Below are positions 1-8,792 of a stretch of DNA of 21,319 bases, in pieces. The position numbers and the translations under genes were made by a program. The stretch covers positions 1-21,319 of the forward strand of contig JAYGFR010000147.1 in assembly GCA_046581755.1 (NCBI GenBank), in the 5' to 3' direction. Position 1 is the first letter of the stretch; every line of letters begins with the position of its first letter. The notes beneath the pieces are model-generated. The model made no database searches and was not told where the DNA came from. It was given only the letters and a program-made list of their open reading frames with translations. This stretch comes from Nitrospinota bacterium (lineage in GTDB: Bacteria > UBA8248).

Positions 1-242
1 ACATCAGCGCGAATGGATTTTAGGTGGTGGTTTCGAAAAATCCGCACCCGGAAAAAGAGGTGGAATGTTCGATTTGGGTGTCCGACGAGGAATTCCAGAA
101 TATTAAAGCCATGCCGGTTTGGATAAAGAAAAACGAAGAAAACCCTCCCACCTGGACCATGGGTCTGGAATTCGAGATGCCAGAGGCAATTAGCGATCAA
201 CTCGATATCGATCTGCGGAAAAACCTCGGCCCAGCGGATTAG
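1..242 (+). pseudogene. PilZ-like (c-di-GMP receptor) domain, 5'-truncated by the window edge, with in-frame TAG at 21-23
   Basis: Frame 3 reads (D/N?)-I-S-A-N-G-F-[TAG]-V-V-V...PVW...TMGLEF. This matches the PilZ (D/N)xSxxG motif, the beta-strand Trp and the C-terminal GxxF. The RxxxR motif would lie upstream of the window. Stop TAG at 240-242. Confidence 0.6.
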
Positions 243-267
243 GAATCCCGGTTTTCGAACCCGCCGG

Positions 268-633
268 TCAGGCGCTTTCGGAAAGTTTTTCGATTCGAAT
301 CAGCAGGTCGGGAAGGTTGAAGGGTTTCGCCACCAATTCGTCCGCCCCGGCCCCGGCGAATTCCTTGATCATTTCCGGCGTCCACTCATCGTTCAGCACG
401 ATGACATTGCCGATGGAGTCCTTTTTTCCTCTCGGCTGCTTCAGGATATCCAGGGCGGTCATTTCCAGAAAAGAATTGTCGAGAATCAGCGCATCGAATA
501 CTTCATCGCGGATGAGATCGAGCGCCCTACTTCCGCTGTCGGTCATCTCGACCCCGTGGCCCAATCTGACCAGGGAAAGTTCCAGCAAATCACGCAGCGC
601 TTCATCGTCCGATACAATTAATATATTGGCCAA
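268..633 (-). CDS. Single-domain response regulator receiver (CheY-like), atypical
   Basis: 121 aa: ILIVSDD acidic pocket, LILD phospho-acceptor Asp, GADELVAKPF (conserved KPF). TTG start with AGGA just upstream. Confidence 0.85.
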   Translation of the reverse strand: MANILIVSDDEALRDLLELSLVRLGHGVEMTDSGSRALDLIRDEVFDALILDNSFLEMTALDILKQPRGKKDSIGNVIVLNDEWTPEMIKEFAGAGADELVAKPFNLPDLLIRIEKLSESA

Positions 634-739
634 ATCCTGTAATCCATTCGAATTAAGAACGTCAAAATCCGCAATCCCGGGAGAAAAATTTTCAATCTGG
701 AATCAGTGCGAAAATGCCGGACGATTTAAAATCGAACGC

Positions 740-1605
740 CTATAAATGGATTCCCAGAAATGCCTCCGACTCGCCGATTTCCTTTTGCAGGCGGGAATAA
801 ATTTCGCCGATATCCTGGGTGGACAGATCGAATGGTATCCACCCCTCCGCTTCGAGGGAGGCCACGAATTCCGGATCGAAATCGCCCATTGGCAACAAGT
901 GGGAAAGGGCGTCCGCGAAATACACCACCTGCACCATTTCCCGGTAATCCACGTCCAAGTCCGGGTAATGGTGAAAGGCGATGGCCGCCGTCAGTTCTCC
1001 GGAAAATTCCATTTTTTGGCCAGAAAAAACCCGACCGCGCAATGGTCGAACCCGTAGAGATTGGTTTCCTTTGAATGGTAATCGGGGATCATCTCTTCCG
1101 CGATTTTGACCAAAACTTCTTTGTCCGGCTCCTCGACAATCCGGTCGAGCACGACCTTCCCGATGTCGTGGAGAAGGCCCGCGGCGAATGCCATGTCCCG
1201 GTGCCATGGCCCGAATTTATCGGCGAGCAGCCGCGCCGCGATGGCCATCGTCACGGAGTGGCGCCAGAATTGATCGGCCGGAATTCCGTAGCCCCGGATG
1301 GGGACGCCGAGGAGCCCGGATGTCGTGCACATGATGGCGATATCCCTGATCTGACTGTCGCCCAGCAGGCCCACTGCGACCTCCAGGCTGGAAACCCGCT
1401 GGCTCATGCCGAAGTAGGCCGAATTGATCGTCTGGAGGACCTTGGCGGCGATCGCCTGATCGAGCGAGACGCACTGGATCAACTCGTCCCGGGAGTTTTC
1501 TTCTCCCCCGGTCAGCGCCATAATTTTATGAAAGACATTGGAGACGGGCGGGAGAACATCGATGTGATGGAGGGCGCGTTCCAGATGATCCGTCGTTGTA
1601 GACAT
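740..1605 (-). pseudogene. HDOD-domain signal transduction protein, split by an apparent 1-nt frameshift near 996-999
   Basis: N-terminal frame has LPP, DQAIAAKVLQTINSAYFG, FWRHS, AGLLHDIGK and GFDH...LAKKWNFPE. It continues in another frame as ELTAAIAFHHYP...VYFADAL. The repaired length is ~288 aa. The ATG at 1605 is preferred over the TTG at 1629. Confidence 0.85.
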
Positions 1606-1733
1606 GGCCCCGCTCTTTGATGTACGCAAAAGCTTTGAAAGATGGCAAACCGTTTAACCGGTAATATAGCACCCGCCGCCCGGTTGCGCCCCCGATAACT
1701 CCCGGTAGCGGAGGGCCATGGAGGAGCGTCCAA

Positions 1734-2501
1734 TTACCGGGATTTTTCCCGGAGCAGCGCCCATGCGTCCCGGCGCAGCCGCCGAATCGTCTCGTCATCG
1801 TACATGGGGACCTTCTTCCCCCCGGTGGCGGCCGAGGGGGCCAAATTTCCCCCGTAGGTTCCCCGCACCCGGGCCCGCCGGTCCATCAGGACCAACCGCG
1901 AGCTGTGGATGTAGGGCTGGGCCGGGCCGGGATGATGCGCGTGGGCGGAGGCGGGCGAAAACAGATCCAGCAAAGTCTTTGGGCCGAAGCGGGGGACGCC
2001 CTCCCGAGGGTCCACCACGCTCAGGTGGAATCCCTTTTGCGCCAAACGGTAGATGGCCCGTTTCTCGCCCGTCAGAAAGAGCCATCTCTTCGGGTCCGCA
2101 TTGAATTGGCTCGCGTATTTGGCCAAAACCTCCGGCGTGTCATTCTCCGGGTCCGCGGTGATCGAGACGAGCCGGAAGTCTTTTGCCTGCGCGAATTCCT
2201 TCTGAAGTCCCGCCATCTCCGCCGTCTGGATAGGGCAGGTGTCCGGGCAATGCGTATAGATGAAGGTCGCCACCCAGACCTTTCCCATCAGGTCCGCAAG
2301 CGTCACACGCTGGCCGCCGCGCTCAACGAGGGAGAAGGCGGGAATTTGCCAATATACGGGAAGGGCGGGGCCTCTCAGCCAGGACCGTGCGAAAGGAAGG
2401 CCCCAGAGGATAAGAGCGGCCCCCAAAACCACGAGCAAAGAGGCGGGAACAAGAATCGGTTTCCATTTCAAACCCGGCTGGCTGCGCTTCTTCCAGGTCA
2501 T
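1734..2501 (-). CDS. SCO1/SenC family copper chaperone (membrane-anchored)
   Basis: N-terminal TM helix, FIYTHCPDTCP (CxxxC), SITADPENDTPEVL, WLFLTG, conserved His in HSSRLVLMD. ATG 2501 has GGAG upstream; 2531 is an alternative start. Confidence 0.9.
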   Translation of the reverse strand: MTWKKRSQPGLKWKPILVPASLLVVLGAALILWGLPFARSWLRGPALPVYWQIPAFSLVERGGQRVTLADLMGKVWVATFIYTHCPDTCPIQTAEMAGLQKEFAQAKDFRLVSITADPENDTPEVLAKYASQFNADPKRWLFLTGEKRAIYRLAQKGFHLSVVDPREGVPRFGPKTLLDLFSPASAHAHHPGPAQPYIHSSRLVLMDRRARVRGTYGGNLAPSAATGGKKVPMYDDETIRRLRRDAWALLREKSR

Positions 2502-2799
2502 GCTCCGATCCCCATTTTTGGGTTCCCTCATCAGTTCCCTTGTATGCCGGCGGCAAGGGGAATCCTCGAATTGGACCGCCCGGATACGGCCCCGAATTCC
2601 TTATTCCTTGCTGCCCTTTCATATCACGAAAATGCACCGGCTTGCCGGTTCGGATTTTGCCGTTGGAGGATTCGCCCGGAGGGGCGATTCACGGTAGGCT
2701 AGGGTCATTCTTCGTGAATTCACCCGATATGCTCGGATGGGCCGCTTTTGCCCGCCGGGGTTTCTTCTTATAAGAGACTTTTCTTAATGGGAGAACGCC

Positions 2800-3918
2800 A
2801 TGAAGGCACTCATCATCTGCATTGACGGGGGCGACCCCTCCTATTTCGAGACGGCCTCCACCCCGAACCTCGACCGGCTCGGCGCAGAGGGCCAAAGGCT
2901 CCTCGTCAAGGCCCAGATGCCCACCGTCACCAACGTCAACAACGTCTCCCTCATCTGCGGCGGCCCGCCCGCCATGCACGGCATCACGGCCAACTACTTT
3001 CTCAACCCGGATACGAACGAGGAAGTCTACATGGAATCGGGCGATTTCCTCCTCTCGCCCACCCTGATGGAGGCCGGTACCGCCGCCGGGCGTAAGACCG
3101 CAGCGCTGGCCTCGAAGAAAAAGCTCACCGACATGATCGGAAAGGGGGCCGATCTGACCGTCACCGCCGAGGAGCCTCCCGGTTGGCTCACCGCCCGCGC
3201 CGGACCGCAGGAGGAAATCTACAGCGCCGAGGTGAATTTCTGGCTCCTGCGGGCGGCGCGCGCCGTCGTCGAGGAAAAAAAGCCCGACCTTTTTTATGTC
3301 ACGACCACCGATTTCAGCCAGCACAAATTCGGCCCCGAGACCGCCGAGGGTCAGGAGCATCTTTCCACCATCGACAAAGAGATCGGGAGCCTCGCCGGGG
3401 CCTGGGCCGATCTGCATCCGGACGGCGCGATTTTCGTCACCGCCGACCACGGCATGCGCCGGAAGAGGCGGGCGATCGATCCGGGGGTAGTCCTGAGAAG
3501 CCGGGGTATCCCCGCCGAGGCGGTGCCCATCATCAAGGACCGCTACGTCGTCCACCACGGCAACCAGGGCGGGGCGGCCTACGTCCACCTCGGAGAAGGA
3601 GCCTCGCTCGATGAGGCGGTGGCGGCTTTGAACGACATCCCTGGAATCGAGGGCGCGCTTCCCAGGGAAGAGGCCGCCGCCCGGTTCCGGCTCCTGCCCG
3701 GGCGCATGGGCGAGATCATGGTCATCGCGGATGAGGACACCGTGTTCGGAGTGATGGACGAGGCCGAGCGCGAGGTGGATCTTCGCAGCCACGGCTCCCT
3801 TCATGAGCAGAGGGTGCCCCTCTTTGCCTGGAACTCGCCGTTTTTTGAGCCCGGAGACGAGGCCAGCCACTTCGACGCCGTGCGCTCGGTCATGAACGGG
3901 CTGGAAGGGCAGGAGTAG
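2800..3918 (+). CDS. phnA: Phosphonoacetate hydrolase (alkaline phosphatase/NPP superfamily)
   Basis: ICIDG metal Asp, MPTVTNVNNVS Thr nucleophile region, HGITANYF, YVTTTDFSQHK, TADHGM, IKDRYVVHH and LRSHGSLHEQRVP, all characteristic of PhnA. GGGAG RBS. Confidence 0.85.
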   Translation: MKALIICIDGGDPSYFETASTPNLDRLGAEGQRLLVKAQMPTVTNVNNVSLICGGPPAMHGITANYFLNPDTNEEVYMESGDFLLSPTLMEAGTAAGRKTAALASKKKLTDMIGKGADLTVTAEEPPGWLTARAGPQEEIYSAEVNFWLLRAARAVVEEKKPDLFYVTTTDFSQHKFGPETAEGQEHLSTIDKEIGSLAGAWADLHPDGAIFVTADHGMRRKRRAIDPGVVLRSRGIPAEAVPIIKDRYVVHHGNQGGAAYVHLGEGASLDEAVAALNDIPGIEGALPREEAAARFRLLPGRMGEIMVIADEDTVFGVMDEAEREVDLRSHGSLHEQRVPLFAWNSPFFEPGDEASHFDAVRSVMNGLEGQE

Positions 3919-3977
3919 GTGGCCGGTGGTTTGGCAACCATGCGGCGGGCCTTTTCACTGAAAGGGGCAAGGCGTTC

Positions 3978-4256
3978 ATGGGCGGCGTTTCTTCTTTTAA
4001 TTCGCAACGATTCAAGGAATTCGAACACGCCGGGTGGGAGCGATCGGCGGCCCATTATCACGAATTATTCGGGACGATCACCGAACAGGCGATCGATCCG
4101 ATGTTGGGCGCGGCCGCCATTCGTTCGGGAGATCGGTTGCTCGACGCGCCGTGCGGCAGCGGAGGGTTGTCGGCGGCGGCCGCGGAGCGGGGCGCGCAGG
4201 TGACAGGCCTCGATTTTTCGGCGTCCATGGTGGCCGATGCCATGACGGTTCGATAA
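3978..4256 (+). pseudogene. N-terminal fragment of a class I SAM-dependent methyltransferase (UbiE-like)
   Basis: 92 aa containing motif I (RLLDAPCGSG) and post-I (VTGLDFSASMV). It stops before the later SAM-binding motifs, and no continuation is visible in other frames. Confidence 0.7.
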
Positions 4257-4288
4257 GAATTATTCGTTTATTTACCGGGGGTCGTGTT

Positions 4289-5443
4289 TTGGATTTTCAA
4301 CTCGACGGGCAGGATCGCCTCCTCCAGCAGACGGCGAAAGAGCTTGCCCTCCGCGAGTTCGCCGAGGACGCCTACAGCTACGTGAAGACCGAAGAGTATC
4401 CACGCCGCTCGATGAAGGTGCTCGCCGATCACGGCATGATGGGCATGACGGTCGGGGAGCCCCACGGCGGGGGGCGCTCGCTGTTCGAGGCCTGTCTCGT
4501 CATGGAGCAGATATCCCAGATCTGCCCGCACAGCGGGGATGTGGTTCAGATGGGGAACATGGGCCCCATCCGTGTGATCGACGAGCTGGGGGACACTGAG
4601 CAAAAGGCCCGTTTCTTGCCCGCCCTTTGCGCGGGCGAGAAGATTATTTCCATCTCCATGAGCGAGCCCGACGCCGGATCGGCCGCGACCGACCTCAAGA
4701 CCGCCGCCCGCTACGACGGGGACAGCGTTGTCATCGACGGGCAAAAGTCATACTCCTCGAACGCCCCGCACGCCGATCTGTTCGTCGTCTATGTCCGCTT
4801 CGGCCCGCGCACGCGCGATTGCGGCGCGGTGGTCGTCGAGACGGGAACGCCCGGCTTCACCAAGGGAAAGACGGAGCACTATATGAGCGGGGAGACGCAC
4901 TGCACCCTCAATTTCGACGGCGCTCGGATTCCGAAGGAAAACGTCCTCGTCGATAGCGATGGTTTCCGGGTCCTCATGCCGGTGTTCAACGTCGAGCGCC
5001 TCGGGAACGCGACGCGCTGCCTGGCGCTGGCCCAGGCGGCCTACGACATGGCGGTCGCGCACACCCAGGAGCGCCATCAGTTCGGGCGCCCGTTGTGCGA
5101 GTTTCAGGGGGTGCAGTGGATGGTGGCGGACATGCGGGTCAAGCTCGAGGCGGCGCGGCTCCTGCTCTACCGGGCGCTCTCCAACGCCCGTGCGGGAATC
5201 CCCTCGGTCATCGAGACCACCTCGGCCAAGCTCTACTGCAACGAGATGGCCCGCCAGGTGGCCGACGATGCGATTCAGCTTCACGGCGCCTCCGGATACT
5301 CCACCGAGATGCCGCTCGAATACCTCTACCGGAAGATCCGGGGGTGGTCGATCGCCGGGGGGACGGTGCAGATTCTCCGCAACCGCCTGGCGAGCGAAAT
5401 TTATGGCCGAAGCTTCAGCCAGCGCCCCCCGCGCGCCGAATAG
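4289..5443 (+). CDS. Acyl-CoA dehydrogenase family protein
   Basis: MSEPDAGSAATDLKT, IDGQKSY, FNVERLG, ERHQFGRPLCEFQGVQW, AIQLHGASGY, IAGGTVQI. The likely start is TTG 4289 (MDFQL..., GGGGG 7 nt upstream), giving 384 aa. Confidence 0.92.
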   Translation: MDFQLDGQDRLLQQTAKELALREFAEDAYSYVKTEEYPRRSMKVLADHGMMGMTVGEPHGGGRSLFEACLVMEQISQICPHSGDVVQMGNMGPIRVIDELGDTEQKARFLPALCAGEKIISISMSEPDAGSAATDLKTAARYDGDSVVIDGQKSYSSNAPHADLFVVYVRFGPRTRDCGAVVVETGTPGFTKGKTEHYMSGETHCTLNFDGARIPKENVLVDSDGFRVLMPVFNVERLGNATRCLALAQAAYDMAVAHTQERHQFGRPLCEFQGVQWMVADMRVKLEAARLLLYRALSNARAGIPSVIETTSAKLYCNEMARQVADDAIQLHGASGYSTEMPLEYLYRKIRGWSIAGGTVQILRNRLASEIYGRSFSQRPPRAE

Positions 5444-5451
5444 CCAAGCCG

Positions 5452-7599
5452 ATGAGCCTCGCTACCGACAGCCGCACGAGGGAGCAGATACGCCGCCTCC
5501 TCGCCCCCGCCTCGATCGCCATCGTTGGCGCCTCGGCCGATCTGGAGCGCTTCAACGGGCGGGTGGTGAAAAATCTCTTGCGCCACGGCTTCCCGGGAAA
5601 AGTCTATCCAGTCAATCCCAAGTACGAAGAGGTGGCCGGGCTGCCCTGCTACCGGTCGGTTTCGGATCTTCCCGAGACGCCCGAGACGGTTTTTATCGCG
5701 GTGGGAAGGGGCCATGTCCTGGGCATCGTCCGCGAATGCGCCGCCTTGGGGGTTCCGGCGGTGACGATTTATACGGCTGGTTTTTCGGAACTCGACGAGG
5801 AGGGCCGCCGCATCGAGGGGGAGATCGCCGAAATCGCGGGGGCGGCCGGAATGCGGGTGTGCGGCCCGAACACGGCGGGCTACCACAATTTCGGCGGCCG
5901 GGTGCAGCTGGCCGGGATTATCGCCATGGATGTGGAGCGCGTCCTGGCCGGCCCGGTGGGAGTGATCTGCCAGAGCGGAAGCATCGGCGGAGCCCTCATC
6001 TCGCGGGCCACCCACCGGGGGATCGGGTTCAGCTACCTGATCTCGTGCGGCAACGAGATGGACCTGGAGATGGCCGACTACGTGGATTTCCTCGTCGAGG
6101 ATGACTCCACGCGGGCGATTGCGATCTATCTCGAGGGATTGAAGGAGCCTGGAAAATTCCTCCGCGCCGCCCGGCGGGCGCTCAAGGCCGAAAAGCCCAT
6201 CGTGGTCTGCAAGGTGGGGCGGTCGGCGGCCGGAATGGCCGCGGCCGTCAGCCACACCGGGGCCCTCGTCGGAGAGGACCGTGCCTACGAGGCGGCGTTT
6301 CGCCAATGCGGCGTCACGCGCGTCGATGGGCTCGAGGAGCTTTTCGAGGTGGCCCACATGTTCGCCGTATCGCCCCCTCCCGGGGGGCGGCGGGTGGGGG
6401 TCCTCACCACCTCGGGCGGGGCCGGGGCGCTCGTGGCCGATCTGTGCGGGGGTGCGCTCGGCATGGAGGTGCCGCCCATCGCCGAGCGGGTCAAGGACCG
6501 GATCGCCAATACCCTTCCCGATTTCATCGGGGTCGCCAACCCCATCGATACCACCATCGCGGGAATCTCTTCGTTCCGGGAAATTCTCCGAATCCTTCTG
6601 GACGAAGCGTGCTTCGACGCCATCGTGGCGGTCGTTGGGTCGAGCGCCCAGTTCCGTCACGCCATCGCCGTCGATCCGATCATCCAGGCTAAAAAGGACG
6701 GCCTGACCGGCCGGACCCCCCTGCTCGTTTATTTCAATCCCCACTCCGAGGAGGCCCACCGGAAGATGGCCGCCGCCGGTCTTCCCTCTTTCCACACCAC
6801 CGAGGGCGCCGCGCGGGCGGCGGGCTATCTCTGGCGGCATGCTGAATTCACTGCCCGCCGGCGCTTGGACGAGGGGCCTCCGGAAAAAAGGGAGATGCCG
6901 GTCGAGGCGCAAAAAATTTTATCGGGGAGGAGCCTCGGCGAAGCGAAGGGGCTGGCGCTGGCCGGGGCGTTCGGGCTCCGCGCCGTTTCGCACCGGCTCT
7001 GCACCGATTCGGATGAGGCCGCCGCCGCCGCGGCGGAGCTGGGGTATCCTGTCGTGCTGAAAGTGTCTTCGCCCGAGGTGTTGCACAAATCCGAGCGCGG
7101 GCTCGTCTCGGGGGGATTATTTGATGAATCCTCCCTCCGCGCCGCCTTCGAGGCGCAAAGAGAGAATCTGGAGCGGGCGAAGCTGAAGGAGATGGACGGA
7201 TTTTTGGTGCAAAAGATGATGCGGGGCGGCGAGGAGTTTCTTCTCGGGATGGTTCGGGACCCGCAGTTCGGCCCCCTGATCACGGTGGGGCTGGGAGGCC
7301 CGGCCGCCGAGGTTTGGGGAGATGTCAGCGTCCGTCTGGCGCCCATTTCGCGCAGCGAGGCCGGGGTCATGCTGAGTGAGCTCCGGGGGGCGCGGCTGTT
7401 AGACAGGTTCCGGGGGCGGGGCCCGCTGGACCGGGAGGCGCTCATCGAGGCTATGGTGAGTTTCGGGGCGCTGGCCGATTCCTTGGGAGAGAGGCTGATC
7501 GAGGCGGACCTGAACCCCGTTTTCGTCCAGCCCAAGGGGGATGGGGTCTGGGTGGCGGATGCGCTATTTGCGCTTTCGGGCGGAGCGGCGGACAAATAA
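5452..7599 (+). CDS. ADP-forming acetate/acyl-CoA ligase (ACD family; CoA-binding, ligase and ATP-grasp domains fused)
   Basis: IAIVGAS, YPVNP, GPNTAG, QSGSIG, SCGNEMDL, SHTGAL (phospho-His), NPIDT, GYPVVLKV..HKSE, DPQFGP, DLNP. ATG 8 nt after the acyl-CoA dehydrogenase stop; 715 aa. Confidence 0.92.
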   Translation: MSLATDSRTREQIRRLLAPASIAIVGASADLERFNGRVVKNLLRHGFPGKVYPVNPKYEEVAGLPCYRSVSDLPETPETVFIAVGRGHVLGIVRECAALGVPAVTIYTAGFSELDEEGRRIEGEIAEIAGAAGMRVCGPNTAGYHNFGGRVQLAGIIAMDVERVLAGPVGVICQSGSIGGALISRATHRGIGFSYLISCGNEMDLEMADYVDFLVEDDSTRAIAIYLEGLKEPGKFLRAARRALKAEKPIVVCKVGRSAAGMAAAVSHTGALVGEDRAYEAAFRQCGVTRVDGLEELFEVAHMFAVSPPPGGRRVGVLTTSGGAGALVADLCGGALGMEVPPIAERVKDRIANTLPDFIGVANPIDTTIAGISSFREILRILLDEACFDAIVAVVGSSAQFRHAIAVDPIIQAKKDGLTGRTPLLVYFNPHSEEAHRKMAAAGLPSFHTTEGAARAAGYLWRHAEFTARRRLDEGPPEKREMPVEAQKILSGRSLGEAKGLALAGAFGLRAVSHRLCTDSDEAAAAAAELGYPVVLKVSSPEVLHKSERGLVSGGLFDESSLRAAFEAQRENLERAKLKEMDGFLVQKMMRGGEEFLLGMVRDPQFGPLITVGLGGPAAEVWGDVSVRLAPISRSEAGVMLSELRGARLLDRFRGRGPLDREALIEAMVSFGALADSLGERLIEADLNPVFVQPKGDGVWVADALFALSGGAADK

Positions 7600-7608
7600 A
7601 GTATATAA

Positions 7609-7671
7609 AATCAGCGCTTTAAGTCATTCCACGCTTCTGAGGCGGGTTGGTTTGGCGGAATTATTTTTGCA
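7609..7671 (+). promoter_or_regulatory. Possible IHF site plus weak sigma-54 promoter for the ABC operon
   Basis: AATCAG-CGCT-TTA (7609-7621) fits WATCAR-N4-TTR. GG at 7657-58 and GC at 7669-70 (CGGAAT-TATTT-TTGCA) have -24/-12 spacing, but the -24 box is degenerate. Confidence 0.3.
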
Positions 7672-7793
7672 TAGGGTTATAAAATTAGTTGAATTTCACC
7701 TCAATCTGAATAGAATACGGACGTCCTTTGGAAAATTCATAGGAACAAAGGTTTCCAGGAATCTTTTCTGCTCGCAATCATGGGGATAAATCT

Positions 7794-8792
7794 TTGCCCA
7801 AGCTCCTAGAAATCGAAGGCCTGAAGACCCAGTTCTTTACCTCTGCAGGAACCGTCCGCGCGGTGGACGGTATTTCCTACGACGTGGAGGAGGGCGAGAC
7901 GGTCGCCATCGTCGGGGAGTCGGGTTGCGGAAAGTCCGTGAGCGCGCTCTCTATTTTAAGGCTCATTTCCGATCCGCCCGGGCGGATCGTGGAAGGGAGC
8001 GTGCGCTTCATGGGCCAGGATTTGTTGTTGCTGAGCGATGAAGAGATCCGCAATATCCGGGGCAAGCAGATCGCCATGGTGTTTCAGGAGCCGATGACCT
8101 CTCTGAATCCGGTCCTCACGATCGGCCTCCAGCTGACCGAAACCATGGAACACCACCTGGGAATGGATCGGGACGTAGCCTCCCGCAAGGCGGGCGAATA
8201 CCTCGCGATGGTCGGCATCTCCGACACGGATCGCCGCCTCAAACAATATCCCCATCATCTGAGCGGCGGGATGCGGCAGCGGGTGATGATCGCTATGGCG
8301 CTGTGCTGCGAGCCCCGGATCATCATCGCCGATGAGCCGACGACGGCGCTGGACGTCACCATCCAGGCGCAAATTCTCGAACTGATGAAGGACCTGAGCA
8401 AACGGCTCGGAGTGGCGCTCATCATCATCACCCACAACCTGGGCGTCGTGGCCCGGTATGCCGGCCGGGTTAACGTCATGTACGCGGGTAAAATTATCGA
8501 GCGCGGTTCGGCGCGGGATATTTATAAAAATACGGCCCATCCCTATACCCTCGGCCTCCTGAATTCTGTCCCGCGCCTCGATCTGCCGCGGCGCGCGCGG
8601 CTCGACCCCATCGAGGGGCAGCCGCCCGACTTGACCCAGCTTCCCGAGGGGTGCGCCTTCCGGGTCCGCTGCCGCTACGCGGTGGACCGCTGCGCCTCCG
8701 AGGTGCCCCCTCTGGAGAAATTCAAGGGCAGCCATCAGTCGGCCTGCTGGCAGAAAAACGAACTCCATAAACCGGTGGGGGCGGCCCGATGA
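7794..8792 (+). CDS. oppD: Oligopeptide/dipeptide-type ABC transporter ATP-binding subunit (OppD/DppD-like)
   Basis: Walker [43 protein letters not shown]-terminal GCAF..RC...C...C domain. Symbol is family-level only. Confidence 0.93.
   Translation: MPKLLEIEGLKTQFFTSAGTVRAVDGISYDVEEGETVAIVGESGCGKSVSALSILRLISDPPGRIVEGSVRFMGQDLLLLSDEEIRNIRGKQIAMVFQEPMTSLNPVLTIGLQLTETMEHHLGMDRDVASRKAGEYLAMVGISDTDRRLKQYPHHLSGGMRQRVMIAMALCCEPRIIIADEPTTALDVTIQAQILELMKDLSKRLGVALIIITHNLGVVARYAGRVNVMYAGKIIERGSARDIYKNTAHPYTLGLLNSVPRLDLPRRARLDPIEGQPPDLTQLPEGCAFRVRCRYAVDRCASEVPPLEKFKGSHQSACWQKNELHKPVGAAR

Noticed and set aside
21..23. Genome-wide TAG reassignment
   Set aside because: Several genes end at TAG at their expected family lengths.
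2540..2790. Short imperfect hairpins between SCO and phnA as a riboswitch or Pho box
   Set aside because: Stems are short (e.g. TCGCCC-GGAG-GGGCGA), and no riboswitch consensus or 11-bp Pho repeat is recognisable. An Rfam scan would settle it.
4034..5451. N-terminal extensions of the dehydrogenase (from 4034) and ligase (from 5095) in the ORF track; likewise 16270, 18044 and 18054
   Set aside because: They are low-complexity extensions, mostly overlapping other genes. Family homology begins at 4289, 5452, 16192, 17971 and 18270, most with an RBS-like sequence upstream.
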